This document shows positions 9,589 to 18,124 of a DNA stretch of 64,000 nucleotides, piece after piece. The stretch's first letter is position 1, and every line of letters begins with the position of its first letter. The notes under the pieces are model-generated. The model was not told the origin of the DNA. It saw only the letters and a list, made by a program, of their open reading frames with translations, and ran no database searches. Source of the DNA: Pseudomonadota bacterium (lineage in GTDB: Bacteria; Verrucomicrobiota; Verrucomicrobiia; Limisphaerales; SXTU01). The position numbers were made by a program, and so were the translations under genes. Location of the stretch: the NCBI GenBank assembly GCA_009924135.1, contig RFSE01000005.1, positions 3,061-67,060 on the forward strand, in the 5' to 3' direction.

Positions 9589-10529
9589 GGCTTTTTGGAT
9601 TTCGGCGCAGGCTTCTGCTCCGGCTCGGTGCCGGGCGCGGGCGTTTCCGGCACCTTGAGGGTCGGCTCGCCCTGAAGCCAGCCGAGCGAGGCGAGAAACT
9701 TGTCGGCCTCGGCCAGGGTGATGGTTTTCCACGGTTCCTGGTTGAAGAAGCCGTGGCCCTGCCCGGTGTAGAACCGCGTTTCACAGCGCACGCCGGCAGT
9801 CTTCATGTTCGCCTGAAAGCGCTCGACCGTGGCGACCGGGATAAGGTTGTCGTTGCGGCCGAGGAACACGATGGCCGGCGGATCGTCCGGCGTGATGTTA
9901 TGGGCCGGGGAAAACTCCTTGAACCGCTGGCCCACGCGTTTGGCGCCCCAGCCGCCTTCCGGACCGTTGTCAAAGACCGGGTTGAACAGCACGAGTGCGG
10001 CAGCCTTGGGTGAAACCTTCACGTCGTCCGCCGGATCATCGCTGCCTTCAACCATGCCGACGAAGGCCGCGAGGTGCCCGCCGGCCGAGCCACCGCCGGC
10101 CCCGATGCGCGCGGCGTCCACGCCCAGTTCACCGGCATGGGCGCGCACCCAGCGCATCGCGCTCTTCGCGTCCTGCACACACTGCGTGGGTGGCTCTTCA
10201 GGCGCAGCGCCTCGGAGCAACCGATATTGGACCTGCACACAGACCAGGCCGCGGGTGGCGAGATAACGGCCCTGCTCGTTGAATTGAACCGGCGTCCCAC
10301 CCACCCAGCCGCCGCCGTGAAAGAACACCATGGCGGGCCGGTGGTCCGTCGCCTTCCAGTCAGATGGCTTGATAACGTACAGGCGCAGCCCGCGTTCGCC
10401 GACCCGCTTGTAAACATGCGATTCACCGAACGGTTCCACGGCGGCTTTGCCCGACTTGTCTGCGGCCGGCAAATCAGACAACGGGCCGGCCAGCAGACCT
10501 ACAAGAACGAGGGGGAAGAGGGGTTTCAT
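9585..10529 (-). CDS. Alpha/beta hydrolase (HSL-like esterase), secreted
   Basis: Start MKPLFPL; HGGGW, GGSAGG, GHGF. Confidence 0.9.
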   Translation of the reverse strand: MKPLFPLVLVGLLAGPLSDLPAADKSGKAAVEPFGESHVYKRVGERGLRLYVIKPSDWKATDHRPAMVFFHGGGWVGGTPVQFNEQGRYLATRGLVCVQVQYRLLRGAAPEEPPTQCVQDAKSAMRWVRAHAGELGVDAARIGAGGGSAGGHLAAFVGMVEGSDDPADDVKVSPKAAALVLFNPVFDNGPEGGWGAKRVGQRFKEFSPAHNITPDDPPAIVFLGRNDNLIPVATVERFQANMKTAGVRCETRFYTGQGHGFFNQEPWKTITLAEADKFLASLGWLQGEPTLKVPETPAPGTEPEQKPAPKSKKP

Positions 10530-10690
10530 TTGTGTTGGGCAGCTTGATTCAAACACGTCGTCGCAATCAATCGGGTTCAGGTGGTGCCAGCTTGACCCGT
10601 CGGAGCTGCGATGCCGCGAGTGCCGCACCGTCCGGTGGAAAGGACAAGGGTTGCGTAGGACATGCCTGGGCAAGGATGAAATGGCAGCAA

Positions 10691-12070
10691 TTATTTGGCC
10701 AGCTTGCCCTTCTTCTTCGCCGGCGCACCGGGCTCGGGACCATCGTTGTCGGTGCGACCGCCGCCCCAGAGCGGTTTTACGTTTGCCGTGTTCCAGGTGT
10801 CCCAGAGGGATTGCAGTTCCTTCACCTTGTCCGGTTGGGCGGCCGCGAGGTCTTTTGATTCACCGATGTCCTCGCGCAGGTTGTAGAGTTTGAGCGGTGA
10901 AGTTCCGGCCTTGCGCCCGGCAGCCACGCCGTCTGCCGTGGTGTCGTAGCGGACGAGCTTGAAGTCCCCGGCGCGCACGGCCATCTGCTCGCCGAAGCGC
11001 CAGAAGAGCGCCTCGTGGGGCGGGCCGGACTTTGCGCCGGTCAGGAATGGCAGCAGGTCCACGCCATCGAGCTTCCACTCGGGTTTCCGCTCCACGCCGG
11101 CTGCGGCCAGCGCGGTCGCGTTCAAGTCGAGCTGGATGGCGGGCTGGTCGAAGACGGCGGGCTTCAGCTTTGCCGGCCACGACACGATGAACGGCACACG
11201 TACGCCGCCTTCGAGCGTGGTGCGCTTGGAACCGCGCAAGGGCAGGTTCACCGAGCCGTTGATGGTGACCCCCGGCATCGTCGGTCCGCCGTTGTCGCTG
11301 ATGAAGGTGACAAGCGTGTTCTCGGTCTGGCCGGTCTCGGCGAGCTTGGCACGCACCTTGCCGATGGCCTCGTCCATCGCGAGCATCATGGCGTCGTAGG
11401 TGCGGCGCTGCTTGTCGGCGATGTTCGGAAACTTCGCGAGGCGGTCGTCGGTCGCATGCATCGGCGTGTGAACGGCGTTGAAGGCGAGGTAGAGAAACCA
11501 GGGCCGGCCCTTGTGCTTCTGGATGAAATCGCACGCTTCACGCCCGAACGCATCCGTCGTGTAGTCGAGTTCCTTCACCGGTTCCGTGCCGCGCAAAATC
11601 CCGGCGGACTGGAAGTAACTGTGCGCCCCGCCGAGGAAGCCGAAGAACTCGTCGAAGCCACGCTTGGGCGGCTGCATGGCGTCCTGCGCGCCGAGGTGCC
11701 ACTTGCCGACGAGGCCGGTAACGTAGCCGGCGGCCTTGAGGCGGTTGGCGATGGTCGTCTCGGTGAGCGGCAGGCCGGCGTTGGGCGCGCCGGGATTAAA
11801 CTCGTGCCCGAAGCGTTGCTGGTAACGGCCCGTGAGCAGCGCCGCGCGCGTGGGCGAACAATACGGCCCGGTGACGTAGCCGCTGGTGAAGCGCACGCCC
11901 GAGGCGGCCAGCGCGTCGAGGTTGGGCGTGGGGATGTCCTTGCAACCGTGGAAACCAACGTCCGCGTAGCCCATGTCATCGCCGACAATGAAGAGGATGT
12001 TGGGGCGCGATTCGGCTGCGTACGTGACGGTGGCAAAACTGGCGAGGAGCAGGATGACGAGGGTTCTCAT
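10691..12070 (-). CDS. Sulfatase (S1 family)
   Basis: RPNILFIVGDD, CSPTRAALLTG, GKWHLG, SDNGG. Confidence 0.95.
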   Translation of the reverse strand: MRTLVILLLASFATVTYAAESRPNILFIVGDDMGYADVGFHGCKDIPTPNLDALAASGVRFTSGYVTGPYCSPTRAALLTGRYQQRFGHEFNPGAPNAGLPLTETTIANRLKAAGYVTGLVGKWHLGAQDAMQPPKRGFDEFFGFLGGAHSYFQSAGILRGTEPVKELDYTTDAFGREACDFIQKHKGRPWFLYLAFNAVHTPMHATDDRLAKFPNIADKQRRTYDAMMLAMDEAIGKVRAKLAETGQTENTLVTFISDNGGPTMPGVTINGSVNLPLRGSKRTTLEGGVRVPFIVSWPAKLKPAVFDQPAIQLDLNATALAAAGVERKPEWKLDGVDLLPFLTGAKSGPPHEALFWRFGEQMAVRAGDFKLVRYDTTADGVAAGRKAGTSPLKLYNLREDIGESKDLAAAQPDKVKELQSLWDTWNTANVKPLWGGGRTDNDGPEPGAPAKKKGKLAK

Positions 12071-12097
12071 ATTGGGTGGGTCAGTCGCAGACAGGTT

Positions 12098-13519
12098 TCA
12101 AGGGGCCTTCGTTTTTGGGGCTCCGATGGCCCCCTCTTCGTGGCTCAGATGGCCCGGGGTCACCGCGCCTTTGAGCAGTTCCGCGAGCTTTGCCCGCATT
12201 TTGGCCACGCGCTCGGGCTCCTTGTCGGCGAGGTTGGTTTTCTCACCAATATCAGCGGCGAGGTTGTACAGCTCGAGTCGCTCACCTTTACCGTCAGCCT
12301 TGCCCTTGCCCTTTTTGCCCTTCTGCTTTGGGCTGCCCTCAGGGGCTTCCTCGCTGTCGGCTTCACTGGCGTTCAGCAGCAGCTTCCAATCGCCCATCCG
12401 CACGGCAGCCCGATCGGGGGATTGAACGCTCAGGATCACCTCGTGGGGCGAAGGGGCGCCCTGGGTGAGCATCGGCCACACGTCGCGACCATCCAGCGGG
12501 GTTTTCTGTTCGAGCGAACCTCCCGCGAGCTTCACGAGCGTCGGATACCAGTCCACCGTGTGCATCGGCTCCGTCACGTGTTTGCCCGACGGAATGTGGC
12601 CGGGCCAGTTCACAAAGCCGCAGCCGCGCACGCCGCCTTCGTAGATCGTGCCCTTGCGGGCGCGCAACGGGCCGTTGTCCGTGGGGGGCGGGCCGCCGTT
12701 GTCGGTGGTGAAGATGATGAGCGTGTTGTCGCGGAGGCCTGCCTTGTCCAGCGCCCCGAGGATTTGCCCGATGGCCTCGTCCACGGCGGCGAGCATGCCG
12801 GCGAGCTTCTGGCGCGGGCCTTTCAACGCGCCGTAGGGCTGGAGATAGCTCTCCGGCACTTGGAGCGGTGCATGGACGCCATTGAACGGCACGTAGAGGA
12901 AGAAAGGTTTCGCCTTGTCCTTTTCCGCAATGAGCCGGCACGCCTCGCGCGTGATGAGGTGCGTGCTGTACCCTTCCTCCTTCACTTCCTGATCGTTGCG
13001 GTACCAGTCATGCGTTGTGCCCCGCACGTGGGTGAAGTAATCGATCATGCCAAAGTAATGGCCGTATTGATGATCGAACCCGCGCGCCGTCGGCAGATAG
13101 GCGCGTTCGAATTCACCGAGGTGCCACTTGCCCGTGAGCGCGGTTTCGTAACCGGCGTCCTTCAGCGCATTCGCGAGCGTGCGCTCGGCCAGCGGCAGAC
13201 CCCATGTGGCGTGCGGACGCACGATCGTATAGACCCCGGTGTGAGTCGCGTAACGACCGGTCAACAAAGCCGCGCGGGTTGGCGAGCAGACCGGCTGCAC
13301 GTAGAGCGAATCGAGGATCACGCCGGCGCTGGCCAGCTTGTCGATGTTCGGCGTCTTGATGTCCTTGCCGCCGTTGAATCCGCAGTCCGCAAAGCCGAGG
13401 TCATCGACCAGGAAAAAGACGATGTTGGGCCGCGCCGGGGCGGCGGTGGCGGAAGCGGCCATGAGGCCGAGCGCGGCGAGCAACGCGACGCGCAGCCAAG
13501 CAAGGTTTTTGAACAGCAT
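12098..13519 (-). CDS. Arylsulfatase B-like sulfatase
   Basis: RPNIVFFLVDD, CSPTRAALLTG, GKWHLG, TDNGG. Confidence 0.95.
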   Translation of the reverse strand: MLFKNLAWLRVALLAALGLMAASATAAPARPNIVFFLVDDLGFADCGFNGGKDIKTPNIDKLASAGVILDSLYVQPVCSPTRAALLTGRYATHTGVYTIVRPHATWGLPLAERTLANALKDAGYETALTGKWHLGEFERAYLPTARGFDHQYGHYFGMIDYFTHVRGTTHDWYRNDQEVKEEGYSTHLITREACRLIAEKDKAKPFFLYVPFNGVHAPLQVPESYLQPYGALKGPRQKLAGMLAAVDEAIGQILGALDKAGLRDNTLIIFTTDNGGPPPTDNGPLRARKGTIYEGGVRGCGFVNWPGHIPSGKHVTEPMHTVDWYPTLVKLAGGSLEQKTPLDGRDVWPMLTQGAPSPHEVILSVQSPDRAAVRMGDWKLLLNASEADSEEAPEGSPKQKGKKGKGKADGKGERLELYNLAADIGEKTNLADKEPERVAKMRAKLAELLKGAVTPGHLSHEEGAIGAPKTKAP

Positions 13520-13619
13520 TACCCGTCAGACGGCCCACAGCCGTGGGCTGGTTACTGAATACTGTCCTCGTTCTCCGTACTTGCCGCGCGCGCGTGCGGT
13601 TGCGAACGTCGTTTAGCAA

Positions 13620-13907
13620 ATGAACGAACCCAGTCCCGCCGGCCCGCCAGACGCCGCACCCGCCGCCGCGCCGCACCCGCCCAAATCCATCGCGCACCCG
13701 CGCGACCCGCTCCATGGCATCACGTTGGAAACCATCATCAAGGCGCTGGTGGCCCGGCATGGCTGGAACGAAATGGGGCGGCGCATTCCCATCCGCTGCT
13801 TCATGTTCGATCCCACCGTGACCTCAAGCCTCAAGTTCCTGCGCAAGACGCCGTGGGCGCGGAAGAAGGTGGAAGACTGGTACATCTACGAGCTGCCCCG
13901 GCAGTGA
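13620..13907 (+). CDS. VF530/DUF2132 family protein
   Basis: DPLHGITLE...[22 protein letters not shown]. Confidence 0.9.
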   Translation: MNEPSPAGPPDAAPAAAPHPPKSIAHPRDPLHGITLETIIKALVARHGWNEMGRRIPIRCFMFDPTVTSSLKFLRKTPWARKKVEDWYIYELPRQ

Positions 13908-13960
13908 ACGACGCCAACCGCTCCGGCTGCCCAATAGAAGGCAGGCAAACGAGTTGCGCG

Positions 13961-14047
13961 GGTAGGGTGCGTCTGTCCCCAGCGCGCCGCCGAGCCACCC
14001 GGACGCCATCAGACTTCGGCGGCGCGGTGAGGACACCGCGCCCTACC
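13961..14047. repeat. GGTAGGG-type REP doublet between convergent genes
   Basis: GGTAGGGTGCGTCTGTCCCCAGCGCGCCGCC ... GGCGGCGCGGTGAGGACACCGCGCCCTACC. Confidence 0.85.
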
Positions 14048-14049
14048 AG

Positions 14050-14991
14050 TCAACCGACCGTCGTACCCGGGGCGAGTGGATGACCGGCCAAAAACTCGGC
14101 CGCCGTCATCCGGCGGCTGCCTTCCTTTTGCACTTCGAGCAAACGCAGCGCCCCTTCCCGGCACGCGACGACTATGCCGGTCTTGTCGGCGGCCAGGACT
14201 TCGCCGGGCTGGCCCGAGCCGGGGGCGAGGTCCGCGCGCCAGACCTTGAGCAGGAGCGGCTTGGGTTGGGCGGGCAGGAAAGTAAAAGTGCCGGGCCACG
14301 GCGTGAAGGCGCGGAGACGGTGGTGCAGGACCTGTGCCGGCTGCGACCAGTCCAGACGACCGTCATCCTTCGCGAGTTTCCGGGCGTAGGTGACGCCGAC
14401 GGCGGGTTGCGGACAGGGCGGGAGCTCGCCGCTGACGTAGCGCGGAATGGTTTGGACAAGGAGTTCCGCGCCCAGAGTGGCCAGCCGGTCGTGAAGGGTC
14501 TGAGAATTGTCTTCCGGCGCGATGGGTGTGGCGCGCGTGGCCACAATGCCGCCGGTGTCGAGGCCGGCGTCCATCCGCATGATGGTCACGCCCGACTCGG
14601 CGTCGCCTTCGAGAATGGCCCACTGGATCGGCGCTGCACCACGCCAGCGGGGCAGGAGCGACGTGTGGACGTTGAGACAGCCGTGCGTGGGGATGTCGAG
14701 CAACGCCTGCGGCAGGATTTGTCCGTAGGCCAGGACCGCGACGAGTTCGGGACGCAACTCGCGAAGTAGCTGGAGGAACGCTTCGTTCCGCGCGCGTTCC
14801 GGTTGGAGGACGGGCAGGCCGAGGCGGAGGGCGAGTTCCTTGACGGGCGGCGGCTGCAGCTTGAGGTCGCGGCCCTTGGGCTTGTCCGGCTGCACGACGA
14901 CGCCGACCACCTGAAAGTCAGGCGTCGTGGCGAGGGCTTGCAAGGACGGACACGCGATGTCCGGCGTGCCCATGAAGACGATGCGCAGCAT
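14050..14991 (-). CDS. fmt: Methionyl-tRNA formyltransferase
   Basis: MLRIVFMGTP, NVHTSLLPRWRGAAPIQ, GLDTG. Confidence 0.97.
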   Translation of the reverse strand: MLRIVFMGTPDIACPSLQALATTPDFQVVGVVVQPDKPKGRDLKLQPPPVKELALRLGLPVLQPERARNEAFLQLLRELRPELVAVLAYGQILPQALLDIPTHGCLNVHTSLLPRWRGAAPIQWAILEGDAESGVTIMRMDAGLDTGGIVATRATPIAPEDNSQTLHDRLATLGAELLVQTIPRYVSGELPPCPQPAVGVTYARKLAKDDGRLDWSQPAQVLHHRLRAFTPWPGTFTFLPAQPKPLLLKVWRADLAPGSGQPGEVLAADKTGIVVACREGALRLLEVQKEGSRRMTAAEFLAGHPLAPGTTVG

Positions 14992-15033
14992 AGATGCGAG
15001 TGTCACGGCCCAGCCAGCGAGGGACAAGATTTT

Positions 15034-15112
15034 ATCAGGAAAGCAGGAAGACAGGAAAAGAATCCCGGTCCATTACGAACCCCTTTCATTCCTGCTTTCC
15101 TGCCTTCCTGAT
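15034..15112. repeat. Intergenic octamer palindromic element
   Basis: CAGGAAAG CAGGAAGA CAGGAAAA ... CATTCCTG CTTTCCTG CCTTCCTG. Confidence 0.8.
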
Positions 15113-15126
15113 TACTTTTTCCGATT

Positions 15127-16005
15127 TCATGAACTCGCACTCGTGTACCGCTTGAGCGCCGTGCGCCAGAGGATTTCCGAGGCGAGGAAGATCAGGACCG
15201 CGAGGGTGACCAGCAGGAGGATCTCGAAGGGCGAACCCAGTTTGTCCACGAGGAGTTTCGCGGGAACGTTGGAAACCAGCAGCATCGGCAGCGCGAAGGT
15301 GAAGACGACCTTGAACGTGCCGCGAAACGCTTCGTCAGGCAGACGGGCGATGTTGAAGAGGTTGTAGTAGCCCCAGACGATGCCTTGTGCGCGGACGGTC
15401 CAAAAGCTCGAGGCCGTGAGCATCAGCATGAGCGAGTAATGCAGCGTGATGCCCACGACGACGAGCATCAGGTACCCGATGACCTGGACGAAACCCGGCG
15501 TGTGGCCCAGCCGGTGCAAGGCGTAGCCGACCACCCCCAGCGCACTGAAGGCATTCACAAACCCGCCGAGGTCCACCTGCCGCAGCGAGATGAGGAACCG
15601 CGTGTTGACCGGGAGCAGCAGCATGAAGTCCAGCTTGCCGGTACGGATGTGTTCCGAGAGCGCGGTGAGGTTCGTGAGGAAGAGCGCGGTGAAGAGCTGC
15701 TGGATCAGGTGGCTCGTGCCCACGAGGGCGATCACCTGCCACTTGGTCCAGGTGCCGATGTGATCGGTGTGCAAGTAGAGCACGCCGATGAAGCTGAGTT
15801 GCAGCACGAACCACAGCGCCTCCACGACAATCCACAGCAGGAAATTCGTCTTGAACCCCATCTCGCGGATGACGGAGTTGCGCCAGAGCGCAGCGTAAAG
15901 TGACAGGTAATGGCCGAGGGTCGAGGGCCGAGGGCCGAGGGCCGGGCGGCTTACTCCGTCCGGCTCTCGACCTTCGACTTTCGACTCTCGACTCATAGGC
16001 ATCAT
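15127..16005 (-). CDS. ABC-2 type transporter permease (DUF990-like) with a repeat-derived N-terminus
   Basis: Hydrophobic helices, IRTGKLDFMLLLPVN; ATG 16005 overlaps the upstream TGA. Confidence 0.88.
   Translation of the reverse strand: MMPMSRESKVEGREPDGVSRPALGPRPSTLGHYLSLYAALWRNSVIREMGFKTNFLLWIVVEALWFVLQLSFIGVLYLHTDHIGTWTKWQVIALVGTSHLIQQLFTALFLTNLTALSEHIRTGKLDFMLLLPVNTRFLISLRQVDLGGFVNAFSALGVVGYALHRLGHTPGFVQVIGYLMLVVVGITLHYSLMLMLTASSFWTVRAQGIVWGYYNLFNIARLPDEAFRGTFKVVFTFALPMLLVSNVPAKLLVDKLGSPFEILLLVTLAVLIFLASEILWRTALKRYTSASS
15913..15992. repeat. Heptamer palindromic element (GYCGAGG...CYYTCGA) in the permease 5' end
   Basis: GCCGAGG GTCGAGG GCCGAGG GCCGAGG ... CTCTCGA CCTTCGA CTTTCGA CTCTCGA. 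Confidence 0.9.
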
Positions 16006-16805
16006 CCTCCCACCGCCGAGTATTTCCGGATTCCCCGGTTCCAGACACAGCGGGCCAGGCCGTAGGCGGCCACGATCCAGAGCAGTTGCACCAGCACGCC
16101 CAGCCAGAGCGCCTCGCCGGTCACGCGGCCCAGCCAGACGCTCACCGGAAAGAACAGCATGTAGGGAAAGGGCGTGTAGTCCAGCACCCCGGCCACGGCC
16201 GGCGGGAGCAGGTCCAACGGGAAGAGGTGGCCGCCGGCGATGTATTCGAAGGCGAAGGCAATGAAGATGAAGGTCGCCACCTCCAGCACCCAGAAGGCCA
16301 GCAGCGCCAGCGTGAAGCTGAACAGGAATTGCAGCACCGCCGTGAGCGCCACGGAGACGAGGAACCCGGCGGCCGTCGCGGCATCCGGCGGCAGGATGAA
16401 GCTGTCCCGCAGGCACCAGATGAAGAGGACCGTGGGCACGAGCGCCACCGCCGCATACACCAGCCGGCCCGCGCCGAAGAGGCAGAACCGGTACGCGAGA
16501 TAATCCATCGGTTTGAGCAGGAACTGGCTGATGTTCCCGTCCTTGATGTCGGCGGCGATCTGCCAGTCGTCCTCCGTCACCGCCGTCAGGGCGTCCACGA
16601 TCGTGATCACGAGGTAGTAGGAAACCATCTGGGTCAGCTCATAATTGGCGATCTGGCCGCCGGACTTCCCCAGGTAAATCGTCCGCCAGACCGAGATGAC
16701 CGCCATGAGCGGCACCAGGCCGAAGGAGGCGCGGAAGAGGAAATTGACCCGGTACACCAGCGTGTTTTGCAGGCCGATGTTCAGGACGTGCCAGTATTTA
16801 CCCAT
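16002..16805 (-). CDS. ABC-2 type transporter permease
   Basis: IKDGNISQFLLKP, GHLFPLDLLP, multiple TM helices. Confidence 0.9.
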   Translation of the reverse strand: MGKYWHVLNIGLQNTLVYRVNFLFRASFGLVPLMAVISVWRTIYLGKSGGQIANYELTQMVSYYLVITIVDALTAVTEDDWQIAADIKDGNISQFLLKPMDYLAYRFCLFGAGRLVYAAVALVPTVLFIWCLRDSFILPPDAATAAGFLVSVALTAVLQFLFSFTLALLAFWVLEVATFIFIAFAFEYIAGGHLFPLDLLPPAVAGVLDYTPFPYMLFFPVSVWLGRVTGEALWLGVLVQLLWIVAAYGLARCVWNRGIRKYSAVGG

Positions 16806-16981
16806 CGAAATTGGTCGTATGCGCCGCGAATCCGTTCCGCCCCCGGCCCGCCTTCATCCTGCGGGTCCGGTGGACCGGCATTAGGAGCAGGACCGCGCCG
16901 CCGGGCAAGGAGTTTCGGCCCCGCCGCAGAAACAAGGTTGTCAGTCCGGCCGCCCTGTAGCAGATTGCTTCCGAGGCCCCG

Positions 16982-17542
16982 ATGGCAGGCAAGTTCAAAT
17001 CACTGAAAGGCCAGTTTCTCCTCGATGGAGGCAAGCTCGCCGGCTCGTATTTCCACCGCAGCGTGGTGCTCATCTGCCAGCACGATCCCCAGGGCGCGTT
17101 TGGGCTCATCGTCAACCGCCCGACCGACAAGAAGGTCGGCGAAGCGCTCGCGGCCGACCTGTCAACCACGCTCAAAGCCCAGCCGCTCTTTCTCGGCGGT
17201 CCGGTGCAGCCCCAGGCCATGAGCTACCTGCACACCGACCTCTTCCTGCCGGAGGCCAACGTGCTGCCCAACCTGCACCTCGACCACTCGCTCGACGAAC
17301 TGCTGGATCTGGGCGCGTCCTTCTCTCCCGCCAAGAAACTGAAAGTCTTCGCCGGGTACGCCGGCTGGTCCCCCGGCCAGCTTGACGATGAGATGCAGCG
17401 CGGCGCGTGGCTCACGCACCCGGCCACCGTGGAACTGGCCTTCAGCGACGACGACCAACAACTCTGGGCCAGCCTCGTCCGCCAGAAAGGCTGGCAATAC
17501 CGGCTCCTGTCCGAACAGCCGGAAGATTTGAACTGGAATTGA
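16982..17542 (+). CDS. YqgE/AlgH (UPF0301) family protein
   Basis: F.RSVVLIC.H...GAFGLIVNRP, GGPV, AGYAGWSPGQLDDE. Confidence 0.93.
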   Translation: MAGKFKSLKGQFLLDGGKLAGSYFHRSVVLICQHDPQGAFGLIVNRPTDKKVGEALAADLSTTLKAQPLFLGGPVQPQAMSYLHTDLFLPEANVLPNLHLDHSLDELLDLGASFSPAKKLKVFAGYAGWSPGQLDDEMQRGAWLTHPATVELAFSDDDQQLWASLVRQKGWQYRLLSEQPEDLNWN

Positions 17543-17547
17543 GCCGG

Positions 17548-17886
17548 GTGAAACCACCAAGACACGAGGAGCGCCTGCTCAGCCTTTGGCGAAGGTTCAT
17601 GGAAATGCTCAGCGGGCGCCCGCTTGAGTGTTGGATTGACCACCGGCTGAAGCGGAACACTTTCGAGTTGCAGGGGGATGTCATTGTGCGCGGTCGTGGT
17701 GCTACGGAGTCAGATTTCGTGCGCGTTGCAGACCTCGAGTCCTGGACGGACTTTGGCGATCCTTGGATTTGCGTGGTGCCCATGCGACTGCGCGACGGAC
17801 GCATCGTCGAGTGGCTTGACCCGCACCTGGAGCTTGAGCGCATTCTCCGGCAGGTGGCTGCGGAGAAGATGATTGCGGGATACTGA
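17548..17886 (+). CDS. Hypothetical protein (start uncertain: GTG 17548 or ATG 17599)
   Basis: Open frame just after the yqgE-family gene; no motif recognised. Confidence 0.45.
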   Translation: MKPPRHEERLLSLWRRFMEMLSGRPLECWIDHRLKRNTFELQGDVIVRGRGATESDFVRVADLESWTDFGDPWICVVPMRLRDGRIVEWLDPHLELERILRQVAAEKMIAGY

Positions 17887-18124
17887 CACGACGTGATCCG
17901 ACCCTCTGCGGCCGCGAGCCCATCGGGAGGGCTCGGCTACCATCCGTGCGTCCCATGCGGCGGGCGTGGAGCCTGGGTCTTTCGGCTACAGATTCACCCG
18001 GCGTCATCGAGTTCAGGGCATGCGGTGTGCTTTGACTTCGGAGGGTCAGATGATAGCCTTTCGGCGGTCCATGTTTAACGCACTGCCAAGTCCCGTGTCG
18101 GAAACCAAGCATTGACCCTGCTTC

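Noticed and set aside
11015-13558. 847-aa plus-strand ORF
   Set aside because: Antisense to two clear sulfatase genes, with no motif of its own.
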